Source: an uncultured delta proteobacterium
GTDB lineage: Bacteria > Desulfobacterota > Desulfobacteria > Desulfobacterales > UBA11574
Reading direction: 5' to 3'
NCBI GenBank assembly: GCA_963790095.1
Contig: CAWBNO010000007.1
Coordinates: 15,852 to 79,851 of the forward strand
Length of the DNA: 64,000 nt
The notes below the pieces were generated by a model. It made no database searches. It was not told the DNA's origin and saw nothing but the letters and a program-made list of their open reading frames with translations. This document shows, piece after piece, positions 38,433-47,530 of this stretch (the stretch's first letter is position 1; every line of letters begins with the position of its first letter). The position numbers and the translations under genes were made by a program.

Positions 38433-38549
38433 CCGAAAATCGACCGCCATGTTATACCTGCAGCCGATTGTTTTCCATTGAAGGTTGATACTGCTCCATC
38501 TCCAAATTTCAACCTTCAACAGTCCATCTTCAATTGAATGGAGGCGATA

Positions 38550-39848
38550 ATGTCATCCCAGATTATCAAGATTAAAGGGAAGAAGAAAAGCACGTTTAAA
38601 GACCAGGTCATGGCGCTTTTGCCCGAAGGGGGGAACCTGAATCTATGTCTGACCTGCGGGCTCTGTTCTTCCGGCTGCCCGGCCACCGGCCTGGAAAATA
38701 TGGATCCCAGAAAATTCCTCCGAATGGCCGCTCTCGGCCTGGACGATGAAATTCTGAATTCCAACTGGGCCTGGTGTTGTACCATGTGCACCCGGTGCGT
38801 TTATGCCTGTCCCATGAAAATCGACATCCCCGGTCTGATTTTCAACGTTCGAAAAAACTGGCCCAAGGACGATCAGCCCAAAGGTATCCGGGGGTCTTGC
38901 GAGATGGCCCTAAAAAACGACACCTGCAGCGCCATGGGGGCCAATGAAGAAGATTGGCGTTTTGTGGTGGAAGATGTGGCTGAAGAAGTGCGGGAATCCC
39001 AGCCCGGTTTTGAAGATCTCCAGGCGCCCATGGACAAGGAAGGTGCTTATTTCTATCTCAACCAGAACTCCCGGGAGCCCGTAACCGAGCCGGACGAGAT
39101 GGTACCGCTGTGGAAGATTTTAAATCTGGTGGGGGCTGACTGGACCTACGGATCCAAGGGCTGGGCAGCGGAAAACTACTGCCTGTTCTGTGCGGATCTG
39201 GAAAATTGGGAAAAAATCGTTCGGGTCAAGGCAAAGGCAGTGGATGATTTGAAATGCAAGGTCTGGCTCAATACGGAGTGAGGGCACGAACTGTTTGCGG
39301 TCCGGGTCGGACTGCAACGATTCAACATCGAGCATAATTTTGAGTGCAAGAGTATCATTCAGTATTATGCCCAGTGGATCCGGGAAGGAAAACTGAAAGT
39401 TAATTCAGACTGGAACAAGGACCTGAAGGTCAAGTTCACGGTTCAGGACCCCTGCCAGCTGGTTCGCAAGAGCTTTGGCGATCCGGTGGCGGAAGACATG
39501 CGGTATGTTGTCAAAACAGTTGTGGGCGAAGAGAATTTCGTAGACATGACGCCCAACAAGTCCAACAACTACTGCTGCGGCGGCGGGGGCGGGTTCCTTC
39601 AGTCGGGATTCCCGGAATCCAGACGATATTACGGCAAACGCAAATTCGACCAGATCATGGCGACCGACGCCGATTACTGTATTACGCCGTGCCACAACTG
39701 TCACGCACAGATTCACGATTTAAAGGAACACTACCAAGGCAAATATCATACGGTTCATTTGTGGACCATCATATGCCTTTCCCTGGGGATTCTTGGCGAA
39801 AATGAACGTGTATACCTGGGATCGGACTTGGCCGAATTCGGTTTATAA
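38550..39848 (+). CDS. HdrD/GlpC-like Fe-S oxidoreductase (2x[4Fe-4S] plus CCG domains) with in-frame UGA (selenocysteine)
   Basis: CLTCGLCSSGCP and CTMCTRCVYACP ferredoxin motifs. TGA 39279-39281 (NTE-U-GHELF). The frame is open from 39282 into the listed ORF 39486-39848 (checked codon by codon). Downstream CCG-type blocks QDPCQL, NYCCGGGGG and TPCHNCHAQ. Start set to ATG 38550, behind GGAGG. Confidence 0.75.
39297..39315 (+). promoter_or_regulatory. candidate SECIS hairpin for the hdrD-like UGA
   Basis: GCGGTCC-gggtc-GGACTGC: a 7-bp stem with one G-U pair and a G-rich 5-nt loop, starting 16 nt after the UGA. Confidence 0.4.
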
Positions 39849-39904
39849 CCGGTTTTGATCACGTGATACCGGTCCCCATATTACAAAAAAATCCCTACGA
39901 TTAA

Positions 39905-39934
39905 CCTGCCCCGGGAAGTTGGGGCAGGTTTTTT
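39905..39934 (+). terminator. intrinsic terminator ending the redox operon
   Basis: CCTGCCCC-gggaagtt-GGGGCAGG followed by TTTTTT. Confidence 0.85.
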
Positions 39935-39990
39935 GTTCCATATCAATAAATTTTAATTCCGGCGCGGCCGGGTTAGGGCTTGGTTTTCAC

Positions 39991-40809
39991 ATGCAGGTTT
40001 TTTGCATATTGGGCGATGAACGGATCATGCGGTCAAAATCGCCGGCCATCTTTTCAGCCATGCTGAAACGAATCGGGCTGAAAGCCGCCTATGTGCCGTT
40101 TAAAGTGGCTCCCGACCAGATCGGCCAGGCCCTGCAAAGTATTAAGGTCCTGAACATCGCCGGGGCCAATATCACGATCCCTTTCAAAGAGAAAGTCATA
40201 CCCCATTTAGACGTTCTTTCAGAGGGCGCGAATATCATCGGGGCCATCAACACCATTGTCTGTAACGGAGGTAGTCTCAAAGGATACAATACCAATGCCA
40301 TCGGTTTCATGGATGCTATCGGCGACGCAGGGTTTGATTTGGAAGGCAAATCAGCCCTTATTTTCGGAACCGGTGGCGCAGCCAAGGCCATTGCATTTGT
40401 TTTAAACTGGCTGAGAACAACCGCTATTTTTGTTGCCGGCCGGGACATGGAAAAAACCCGTCAAATTGTCGAACGCTTTGGGGGAGAAGCCATATCCCTT
40501 TATGATCTTCCCCATCGGACGTTGGATGTCAACATCGTGGTCAACGCCACGTCGGTTTCAAGCCCGGACGAGGCCCCCGAGATGGCCACACTGCTTGAAA
40601 ACATCAAAATAAAGGGCTGCGAAATGGTGGTCGATCTTAATTATGACCGACGTGAAAATTTCTGGGAGGATTTGTCCCTGAGAAATGGTGCGCGGTTCAT
40701 GGATGGGTTGCCGGCCCTGGCATATCAGTCCAGGCGGACCCTTGCCCTGTGGACCGGAATCCAGGTGCCGCCGGAGGAATTTTTGAAAGTCCTCGATGAA
40801 ATTTTGTAG
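39991..40809 (+). CDS. aroE: shikimate dehydrogenase
   Basis: SKSPAIFSAMLKRIGLKAAYVPFKV...NIAGANITIPFKEKV...IGAINTIV...GTGGAAKAIAFVL. Start set to ATG 39991. Confidence 0.8.
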   Translation: MQVFCILGDERIMRSKSPAIFSAMLKRIGLKAAYVPFKVAPDQIGQALQSIKVLNIAGANITIPFKEKVIPHLDVLSEGANIIGAINTIVCNGGSLKGYNTNAIGFMDAIGDAGFDLEGKSALIFGTGGAAKAIAFVLNWLRTTAIFVAGRDMEKTRQIVERFGGEAISLYDLPHRTLDVNIVVNATSVSSPDEAPEMATLLENIKIKGCEMVVDLNYDRRENFWEDLSLRNGARFMDGLPALAYQSRRTLALWTGIQVPPEEFLKVLDEIL

Positions 40810-40850
40810 ATTTGAGGGGCGTCCCCATTATCGCCTCAATTTTAACCCCG

Positions 40851-42545
40851 TCACCCGGAACGTCCTTTGAGGATCAGGCTTTTTTGTTTTTCTTTGTTCC
40901 GTTTGTCCTTCTCAACAAAAAGCGGTTTCCCGCTGTCATAGGCTTTTCCCGTATAGTACATCAGGGTTGCCGGCGTCGACGGAGAGGGCGTAAAAATCTG
41001 AATCTGCCGGGGTTTGAACTTGAGGACCCTGCGGCTGAAGTGGTTTAAACGCTCCATGTCCTGGAGTGTACATCCCGGATAAGCAGCGATAAAATAACAG
41101 GTTAAGAACTGTTTTTTCCCCATCCTGCGATTGATCTTTTCAAAACAGCGGAAGAATTCCATAAAGCTCTCAATGGAGGGTTTTCCCATGAGCGCAAGGA
41201 TATGATCTTCGGAATGCTCGGGTGCGACCTTCAGTTGTCCGGAAATATGATGCCGGATAATCTCTTCAAGATATTGAAGCCCGTATGTTTGATCTTTTAT
41301 CACCAGATCATGGCGTATTCCGGAACCGATGAAAACCTTTTTAACCTTCGGCATCTGCCTGAGTTTTTTCAGCAGGACAATCTGGGGGAGATGGCTGATT
41401 TCCAGCTTATCGCAGACGTCCGGAGTCAGGCAGTGCTTGTTGCGGCATGTGCCTTTGGTTTTTTTTCGCTCGCATTCGATGCCGTACATATTGGCGGTGG
41501 GGCCTCCGACATCGTGAATGTATCCTTTAAATTCAGGATGGTGGGTTAAAATCGACGCTTCCTTCAGAATGGACGCTTCGCTCCGATCCACAACCCTTTG
41601 TCCCTGATGTACGGATATGGCACAGAAGTTACAGTCGCCATAACATCCTCTGTGAGTCGTTATTGCAAAACGGATGGTTTCAAGAGCCCGCACCGACCCC
41701 CATGCTGCATAATACGGATGGACGTCACGTTCATATTCAAGCTCATGAATATGGTCCAGTTCCTCGCTCGTTGGCGGAAACTGGGGAGGATTCTGGATCA
41801 GATACCGGGTGTCCTGTTTCTGGCAAAGACCTTTTCCGGTTATCGGGTCATTATTTTTATAAAAAATATTAAACATTTCAGTGAACTTGGCGCTGTCCAC
41901 CGCAACATCCGGATGGGATGGGAGTTCTATGTAACCTTCTTTTTTTTCCGGGGCAATATAGCAGATTCCGCGGACATCCGTAACCGGTCGGCCCCGCCGG
42001 ATGTTTTCTGCCAGTTCGAGCGTCGTTTTTTCCCCCATTCCATAGACCAGGATATCGGCCTTGGCGTCAAAAAGAATGGACCGCCGTATACTGTCGGACC
42101 GGTAATGATAATGGGAGGTGCGTCTGAGGCTCGCTTCAATCCCGCCGATAACAATCGGTTTTGTCTTTTTGAAATATTGGCGAACAAGGTTGGTATATGC
42201 GATAACCGCCATATCCGGACGTCTGATATTTAGACCGCCGCCGGTCAGATCATCTTGCTTTCGCCGTTTATTCGTCGCAGTATAATTGGATATCATGGAA
42301 TCCATGCATCCCGAAGTAATTCCCCAGAAAAGATTCGGCTCCCCCAGCCGGCCGATATCCTTTCCACTGTTGATATCGGGCTGCGCTATTATGCCTACCG
42401 TGTAACCGGCGTCTATCAGTACCTTTCCAATGACCGCGACGCCGATATACGGCGAATCCACATAGGTGTCTCCTGTTACCAGTATGACGTCCGGAGACTT
42501 CCAGCCAAGAGCATTCAGCTCATTTTTAGTTGTGGGAAGAAACAT
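40851..42545 (-). CDS. ygiQ: YgiQ-family radical SAM protein
   Basis: MFLPTTKNELNALGWKSPDVILVTGDTYVDSPYIGVAVIGKVL...GIIAQPD N-terminus and the CYGDCNFC radical-SAM Cys motif. Confidence 0.85.
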   Translation of the reverse strand: MFLPTTKNELNALGWKSPDVILVTGDTYVDSPYIGVAVIGKVLIDAGYTVGIIAQPDINSGKDIGRLGEPNLFWGITSGCMDSMISNYTATNKRRKQDDLTGGGLNIRRPDMAVIAYTNLVRQYFKKTKPIVIGGIEASLRRTSHYHYRSDSIRRSILFDAKADILVYGMGEKTTLELAENIRRGRPVTDVRGICYIAPEKKEGYIELPSHPDVAVDSAKFTEMFNIFYKNNDPITGKGLCQKQDTRYLIQNPPQFPPTSEELDHIHELEYERDVHPYYAAWGSVRALETIRFAITTHRGCYGDCNFCAISVHQGQRVVDRSEASILKEASILTHHPEFKGYIHDVGGPTANMYGIECERKKTKGTCRNKHCLTPDVCDKLEISHLPQIVLLKKLRQMPKVKKVFIGSGIRHDLVIKDQTYGLQYLEEIIRHHISGQLKVAPEHSEDHILALMGKPSIESFMEFFRCFEKINRRMGKKQFLTCYFIAAYPGCTLQDMERLNHFSRRVLKFKPRQIQIFTPSPSTPATLMYYTGKAYDSGKPLFVEKDKRNKEKQKSLILKGRSG

Positions 42546-42677
42546 TAAGAGAAATCCAGGTCAATTCGTGTTTGTTGTGTGAAAGATGGAGAAAGGTTAT
42601 GTCATCTAAGTGTATCGGTACAATTATTTATACAAGGTTCAATAAAAAAACCGTCTTCGTTAACTATTTGAGCCCTC

Positions 42678-42773
42678 GGGGAGTTTTTCTAAATCCTTGA
42701 GTCTCAGCGGAATGGATGATCTTTTTTTTAAAAAAAGATTATCCATGGAGCGACTGATTTAGAAAAACTCCCC
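42678..42773. repeat. 96-nt nested palindrome between rluA-family gene and ygiQ
   Basis: Perfect 18-nt arms GGGGAGTTTTTCTAAATC (42678-42695) and GATTTAGAAAAACTCCCC (42756-42773). Inner palindrome GGATGATCTTTTTTTTAAAAAAAGATTATCC. Confidence 0.8.
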
Positions 42774-42779
42774 AACTCC

Positions 42780-43487
42780 TCAACTATTTAAAAGTGATTT
42801 AAAATAAGCAGGAACCTTTGCCTCAAAGGTCATTTTCTCTTTTGTATTGGGATGTAATATGGTTATGGAGGCCGCATGAAGTGTAAGTCTCTTAATACCC
42901 TTGTCTTTTTCCCCATATATTTTATCTCCAGCTACAGGAGAACCTTTTTCCGAAAAATGGACCCGGATCTGATTTTTCCTGCCTGTAATCAGATCTATTT
43001 CAAGGAGACTATACTTTTTTGATTCTCTCAGAACTGTATACCCGGTCTTAGCAAGCTTACCTTTTTTAGGATCATCAACAGAATACATTTTATGAGCACG
43101 GTTTTCTGCAAGATATGAAGTAATTACACCCTCCTTCTCCGGTAACGTTCCATGAACTACGGCATAGTACTTTTTTTTAAATCCATGCCACTCTTCCTGA
43201 AGATAACGCTTGGCATTTTCATTTTTAGCAAAAACGATAACACCGGAAGAATCTCTATCCAAACGGTGCACAATAAATACCCGGTTTCTTGATTTCTGAT
43301 TCCCTTTTCTTACGTATGTATTTAAAAGATAATAAGCTGTATTTTCTCTGACTTTGTCAGTACTCACGGTTAATAGACCACTCATTTTATCCACAACCAG
43401 AATATCATGATCTTCATAGAGAATAGAAAGCCCCCTGGGCTGATATCTTTTGGGAGGGCTTTTAAAGCTTTTCTGACGTTCCCGCAT
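42780..43487 (-). CDS. RluA-family pseudouridine synthase
   Basis: ILYEDHDILVVDKMSGLL ... HRLDRDSSGVIVFAKN catalytic Asp motif. Confidence 0.85.
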   Translation of the reverse strand: MRERQKSFKSPPKRYQPRGLSILYEDHDILVVDKMSGLLTVSTDKVRENTAYYLLNTYVRKGNQKSRNRVFIVHRLDRDSSGVIVFAKNENAKRYLQEEWHGFKKKYYAVVHGTLPEKEGVITSYLAENRAHKMYSVDDPKKGKLAKTGYTVLRESKKYSLLEIDLITGRKNQIRVHFSEKGSPVAGDKIYGEKDKGIKRLTLHAASITILHPNTKEKMTFEAKVPAYFKSLLNS

Positions 43488-43809
43488 AATGTTTACTTAA
43501 GAACCTGTCCGATATGTTTTTAGTTTTCCAGTTATATTTTTAAGCCGCGAAACTCTCTATTTATGAGACAAAACAATGTTTAACGCTTCTCTTTCACAAT
43601 CAAGGGTCAAACATGCCAATCGGGGTCGGGCCACGCGAACTTATTGTTTGAATCTACGGGTCTTATTCGACGCAAGTTTTAAGCGTTTTGTTTATTATGC
43701 CAAAATATTGCTGTGGCCCGACTCCCATTCGTTCGCATGTCTCATGCCTTGCATCTTCGGCAAACTCGACAATCGCTCAAATTAGGGTGAAGAACTTCAA
43801 AAAGAAGGG

Positions 43810-45314
43810 TTATTTTTTAGCGGTCGTTTGGCTATTGACGGGAAGAAGAACCGTAAAAAGGCTTCCCTTGCCAAAGGTGCTTTCCACACTGATGAAACCA
43901 CCGATGGAATCCAGAAGCCCTTTAACGATGGGCAGCCCAAGACCGGTCCCGGTAATGTATCGGGTCTTTTCGTCCTGGACCCGGTAAAATCTTTCAAAAA
44001 TCTTGTCCAGGTATTTATCGGCGATTCCGAATCCATTATCCTCAACGGTTACACGGGCATTGATTCCCGCCATATCCACCGCCACCTTTATTTCCCCGCC
44101 GTCCTGGGTGTAGTTGATGGCATTGGTGATCAGGTTTCCGAAGATACTTTCCAGGGCAATGGGATCTGCGGTGAGGACGGGGAGCGGATCTTTTGGAAGT
44201 CAAGTGTAAGGGACTGGTTCTTTTTCTTGGCCGAGGTGCCCAGAAAGTCTACGATATTTTCAAGGAGTTCCTCCAGCCGGACCGGTTGGGGCTCCTGGCA
44301 AATAATCCCTTCTTCGATCCGCGACAGATCGAGGAGATCTCCAATCAGTGAAATCAGCCCCCGGGTCTTTTCCCTGGCACGGGACAGAATGTGCTGGTCT
44401 TGGACCAGGTCATCACCAACCATATCTCTGATGACCAGGGCCAGCTGTTCATGGATGGTGGAAAGGGGTGAGCGCAGTTCATGGGAAACCTTTGCCACGA
44501 ATTGGGATTTAAGTTGATCCAGAACCTTCATGGTGGTGATATCCACAATATTCAACACCGCTCCAAGGCACTCTTTTCTCTCGCCTAAAACCGGCTGCCC
44601 GCTGGCCAAAAAATGTTTTTCATCGGACAGGGAAAACTCATAATCCGGGATATCGTCAAAGTCCACATGTTGCCCTCGAGATATTTCCATGACAAGGTTA
44701 CAGAGTTTTTCGTCGTGCAGGTAGTCCTCTATGGGGCGGCCTGGATGCAAATCAGGACTCAGGCCGAGAAGGTGTCTGAAAGCCGGATTCATCAAAACCA
44801 CCCGTCCTTTGGGATCGGTAACCACAACACCGCTGGGAAAAGATTCGATAATGGTACGGATGCGGCTTTTCTCCGTATCCAGATCGGACAAGGTCCTTTG
44901 TCTTTTACGTTCCAGTTCTCCAGCCTCCCGGGTGAGGCGAATTTTCTCCCAGGCACGACCGACGACGATGCGGAGTTGATCCGGATCAAAGGGTTTGGCG
45001 ATAAAATCGTAGGCCCCCTGTTTCATGGCTTCGATGGCGGTTTCTACGGTCGCATATCCCGTAATGACGATAACTTGAATTTTCGGGTATGTGCCACTGA
45101 TTCGACTGAGAACCTTCAAACCGTCCATGCCCGGCATTTTCAAATCGAGGAGAACAATGTCGACGTTCTCTTTTGCCAGAACACTCAGCGCTTCATCCCC
45201 CCGGGACGCCTTTAGAACCCGAAGGCCGGCCCGGGTGAGAATCCGCTCGCAGGCATCCCGGATATCCTGTTCGTCATCTACGACCAATGCTGTTGCGTCA
45301 GGTGTTGTCTCCAC
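43810..45314 (-). pseudogene. hybrid receiver-PAS-histidine kinase interrupted by a single frameshift
   Basis: GTG 45314 sits behind GGAGA, 1 nt after the upstream stop. Receiver ALVVDDEQD...DIVLLDLKMPGMDG; H-box KVSHELRSPL. Frame 1 ends in nonsense (QKIRSPSSPQIPLPWKVSSET*). The next frame continues with DPLPVLTADPIALESIFGNLITNAINYTQDGGEIKVAVDMAGINARVTVEDNGFGI...GTGLGLPIV (ORF 43810-44085). The switch is at ~44190-44196 (CAAAAG). Confidence 0.8.
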
Positions 45315-45315
45315 G

Positions 45316-46803
45316 TTAATCTCCTTCGAGGTCCTTGGCCGCAAGGGGAAGCTCAATGAGAAATTTAGTCCCCTGGTCCGGTTTACTTTCAGCTTGGATA
45401 TGACCGCCGTGATTTTCAACGATTCTGTAGGCCAGACTGAGGCCCAGACCGGTCCCTTTTCCCTCTTCTTTGGTGGTAAAGAACGGTTCAAAGATATGGG
45501 GAAGAATATCTCCAGGGATTCCCGGACCGGTATCGGATATCTCTATGACCACCCGATCGATATCGGAAAGCAGGTGGCTCTTTATGGTGAGCTTCCCCTT
45601 CCCTTCCATGGCCTGTGCTGCATTGAGAATGATATTCATGAACAGATGGTTCAGCTGCTGGATGTCGCCATAGACCGGAGGTAAGGAGGCATCCAGGTCT
45701 TTTACGATTTCTATATTCTGGAACAACGTTTGGCTTTCCAGGAGAAATAGGGTGCGGGTAAGGGCCCGGTTGACATCATTGGGCCGCATTAAATGACGGG
45801 TCTGTCGGGTGAACTCCAGCAGCTCTCTGACCGTGTCCCGGCATCTGTCGGCGTCTTTCAGAATCCGGTTCAGATCTTCTTTTGCCCCGTCCTCCAGATT
45901 GTATTCTTCCAGGATCAGTTTGGCAAACAGCGTAATCCCTCCCAAGGGGTTGTTCAACTGATGCGCCACCCCTGCCGCCAGTTTGCCCAAGGAAGCCATC
46001 TTCTCCGACTGGAGAAGCTGAAGCTGCGTCTTTTCGAGTTCCGCTTTCATTCGGAGTCGATCGCGCAGATCGTGGAAAAACCCGATGGTGGCCGCCTCCT
46101 CCCCGTTTTCATAGACAATGGCTGCATTCAGAGAGATTGGAATAATTTCCCCGTGTTTACTGACCACGTCTACCTGATAAAAACTCAGTTTCCCTTTGCC
46201 GCCGTAATCCTCGCTTCTGAGGTTCTCCATGACCTTAAACGCGTTGTTCCCGGGGTAAATATCCCGGACGTTTACGCTATTGAGCGCTTCATCGATGGAA
46301 TAGCCGAAAACCTTGGTGGCGGCTTCATTGAAAATAAGGATCCGCCCTTTCTTGTTCGAAGCAATAACGCCGTCCACCGCACTAAAAATCAGATTCCGCA
46401 AAAAAGCATTGGTGCGTTGAAGTTTCTCTTCAAGCCCCCCCCGGGTGGGGATGTCGAAATCCATACTTGCAAAGGCTTCGATATCATCTCCGGAATAGAT
46501 GGGATACGCATAATAACACGGCATTTCATCCATTTCCAATGTATCTTCCGGCTTGGGCATCAACGTGGGTTTTCCACCCTTGATGGTCTCCTGTACCGCA
46601 CAATTTTGACAGGGAGAGGATCGATCGTAGAACAGTTCATGGCAGCATTTCCCGATAATTTCAGCTTCGGTTGTCCCGTCGGGCCGGCAGTTTGCCGCCA
46701 GGATTTTAAATTCAGGAGAGACCACAATGAATCTTCGTTTGAAAGCGCCAATGGCCTTGAGAAAATATTCCTTTTCAATATTTTTGTTCATGGCACGCTC
46801 CAT
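45316..46803 (-). CDS. PAS-domain sensor histidine kinase
   Basis: H-box [13 protein letters not shown]; ATPase boxes [28 protein letters not shown]-terminal Cys-containing PAS-like module. Confidence 0.85.
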   Translation of the reverse strand: MERAMNKNIEKEYFLKAIGAFKRRFIVVSPEFKILAANCRPDGTTEAEIIGKCCHELFYDRSSPCQNCAVQETIKGGKPTLMPKPEDTLEMDEMPCYYAYPIYSGDDIEAFASMDFDIPTRGGLEEKLQRTNAFLRNLIFSAVDGVIASNKKGRILIFNEAATKVFGYSIDEALNSVNVRDIYPGNNAFKVMENLRSEDYGGKGKLSFYQVDVVSKHGEIIPISLNAAIVYENGEEAATIGFFHDLRDRLRMKAELEKTQLQLLQSEKMASLGKLAAGVAHQLNNPLGGITLFAKLILEEYNLEDGAKEDLNRILKDADRCRDTVRELLEFTRQTRHLMRPNDVNRALTRTLFLLESQTLFQNIEIVKDLDASLPPVYGDIQQLNHLFMNIILNAAQAMEGKGKLTIKSHLLSDIDRVVIEISDTGPGIPGDILPHIFEPFFTTKEEGKGTGLGLSLAYRIVENHGGHIQAESKPDQGTKFLIELPLAAKDLEGD

Positions 46804-47298
46804 ATAAACGGTGAGATCTTAGACCGGTTCGCTTCTTTGGAGAATGGGTATTGAAAAAACAATCTAAATTAACCAGTCATATCGACGAGTTGAGTTTCAT
46901 TCAATATATACGCAATCAACCATAACCTTCGCCAGAAGTCAACCGCCTATTTTCAATTCATCCACGGCTGGAAAATCATGTCTTCAACGTTTGGGGATCC
47001 ATGAAAATCTTCAACTCCGCCGCGGCAATACGCATGTCGTCCCATTTGACGACCCACTTAAATTGCTACATTGTAGTATTGTTGTCAACAAGCAAATGAT
47101 TGAAGAATAAAATCTCCGGATCTTAAAACAATTTTCACGATTTAAGTATTTTGGATCATCTTCCGATTCGTTGGAGTTAATTGGGGTAAAATAAGTGGGG
47201 CATCTCCAATTGAGCAAGGGTGTTCATGAAGGGTTCAAGGATCCAAGGGTTCAAGTGATCCTCCACAGAACTTGCGGATAAAAATACTAAAAAATTAG

Positions 47299-47466
47299 TT
47301 ATATTATGGTTCTATTTGCGAATTGGAAACACAGATATTATTAGCTGGGGATTTAGATTTAATTGAAAAAAGTGAATTGGGACCACTAAAAAAAGACATC
47401 GCAGGAATAGAAAATATGTTAAAATCTCTGATAAAGTCCTTAGAAAACAAACCTTTGACTCCTTGA
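47299..47466 (+). pseudogene. C-terminal remnant of a four-helix-bundle (23S rRNA IVS-protein-like) gene
   Basis: Own translation: LYYGSICELETQILLAGDLDLIEKSELGPLKKDIAGIENMLKSLIKSLENKPLTP*. It matches the GSxxELETQLLLAxDLxxI...ML..LIKSL pattern. There is no start codon, and a stop lies immediately upstream. Confidence 0.6.
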
Positions 47467-47505
47467 ATCCTTGGACCCTCTTCTCCAACTAAAGTGGAGA
47501 AGAAC
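47334..47505 (+). repeat. inverted-repeat copy 1 (four-helix-bundle remnant + TCAAGG repeats + hairpin)
   Basis: Aligns over ~170 nt with the reverse complement of 61503-61670, including an identical 30-mer CCTTGAATCCTTGGACCCTCTTCTCCAACT. Hairpin TTCTCCA-N8-TGGAGAA followed by a T-run. Confidence 0.85.
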
Positions 47506-47530
47506 TATTTTTTTTCATTCCGGATTGGAG

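Noticed and set aside
43626-43722. 10-13-bp inverted repeat (GTCGGGCCAC / GTGGCCCGAC) spaced by 77 nt between the kinase fragment and the rluA-family gene, as a possible sRNA.
   Set aside because: There is no promoter or terminator signal, and the stem is short relative to the loop. I cannot distinguish it from chance by eye.
45793-46854. 353-aa plus-strand ORF.
   Set aside because: It is antisense to the PAS histidine kinase 45316-46803, whose H-box and ATPase boxes are unambiguous.
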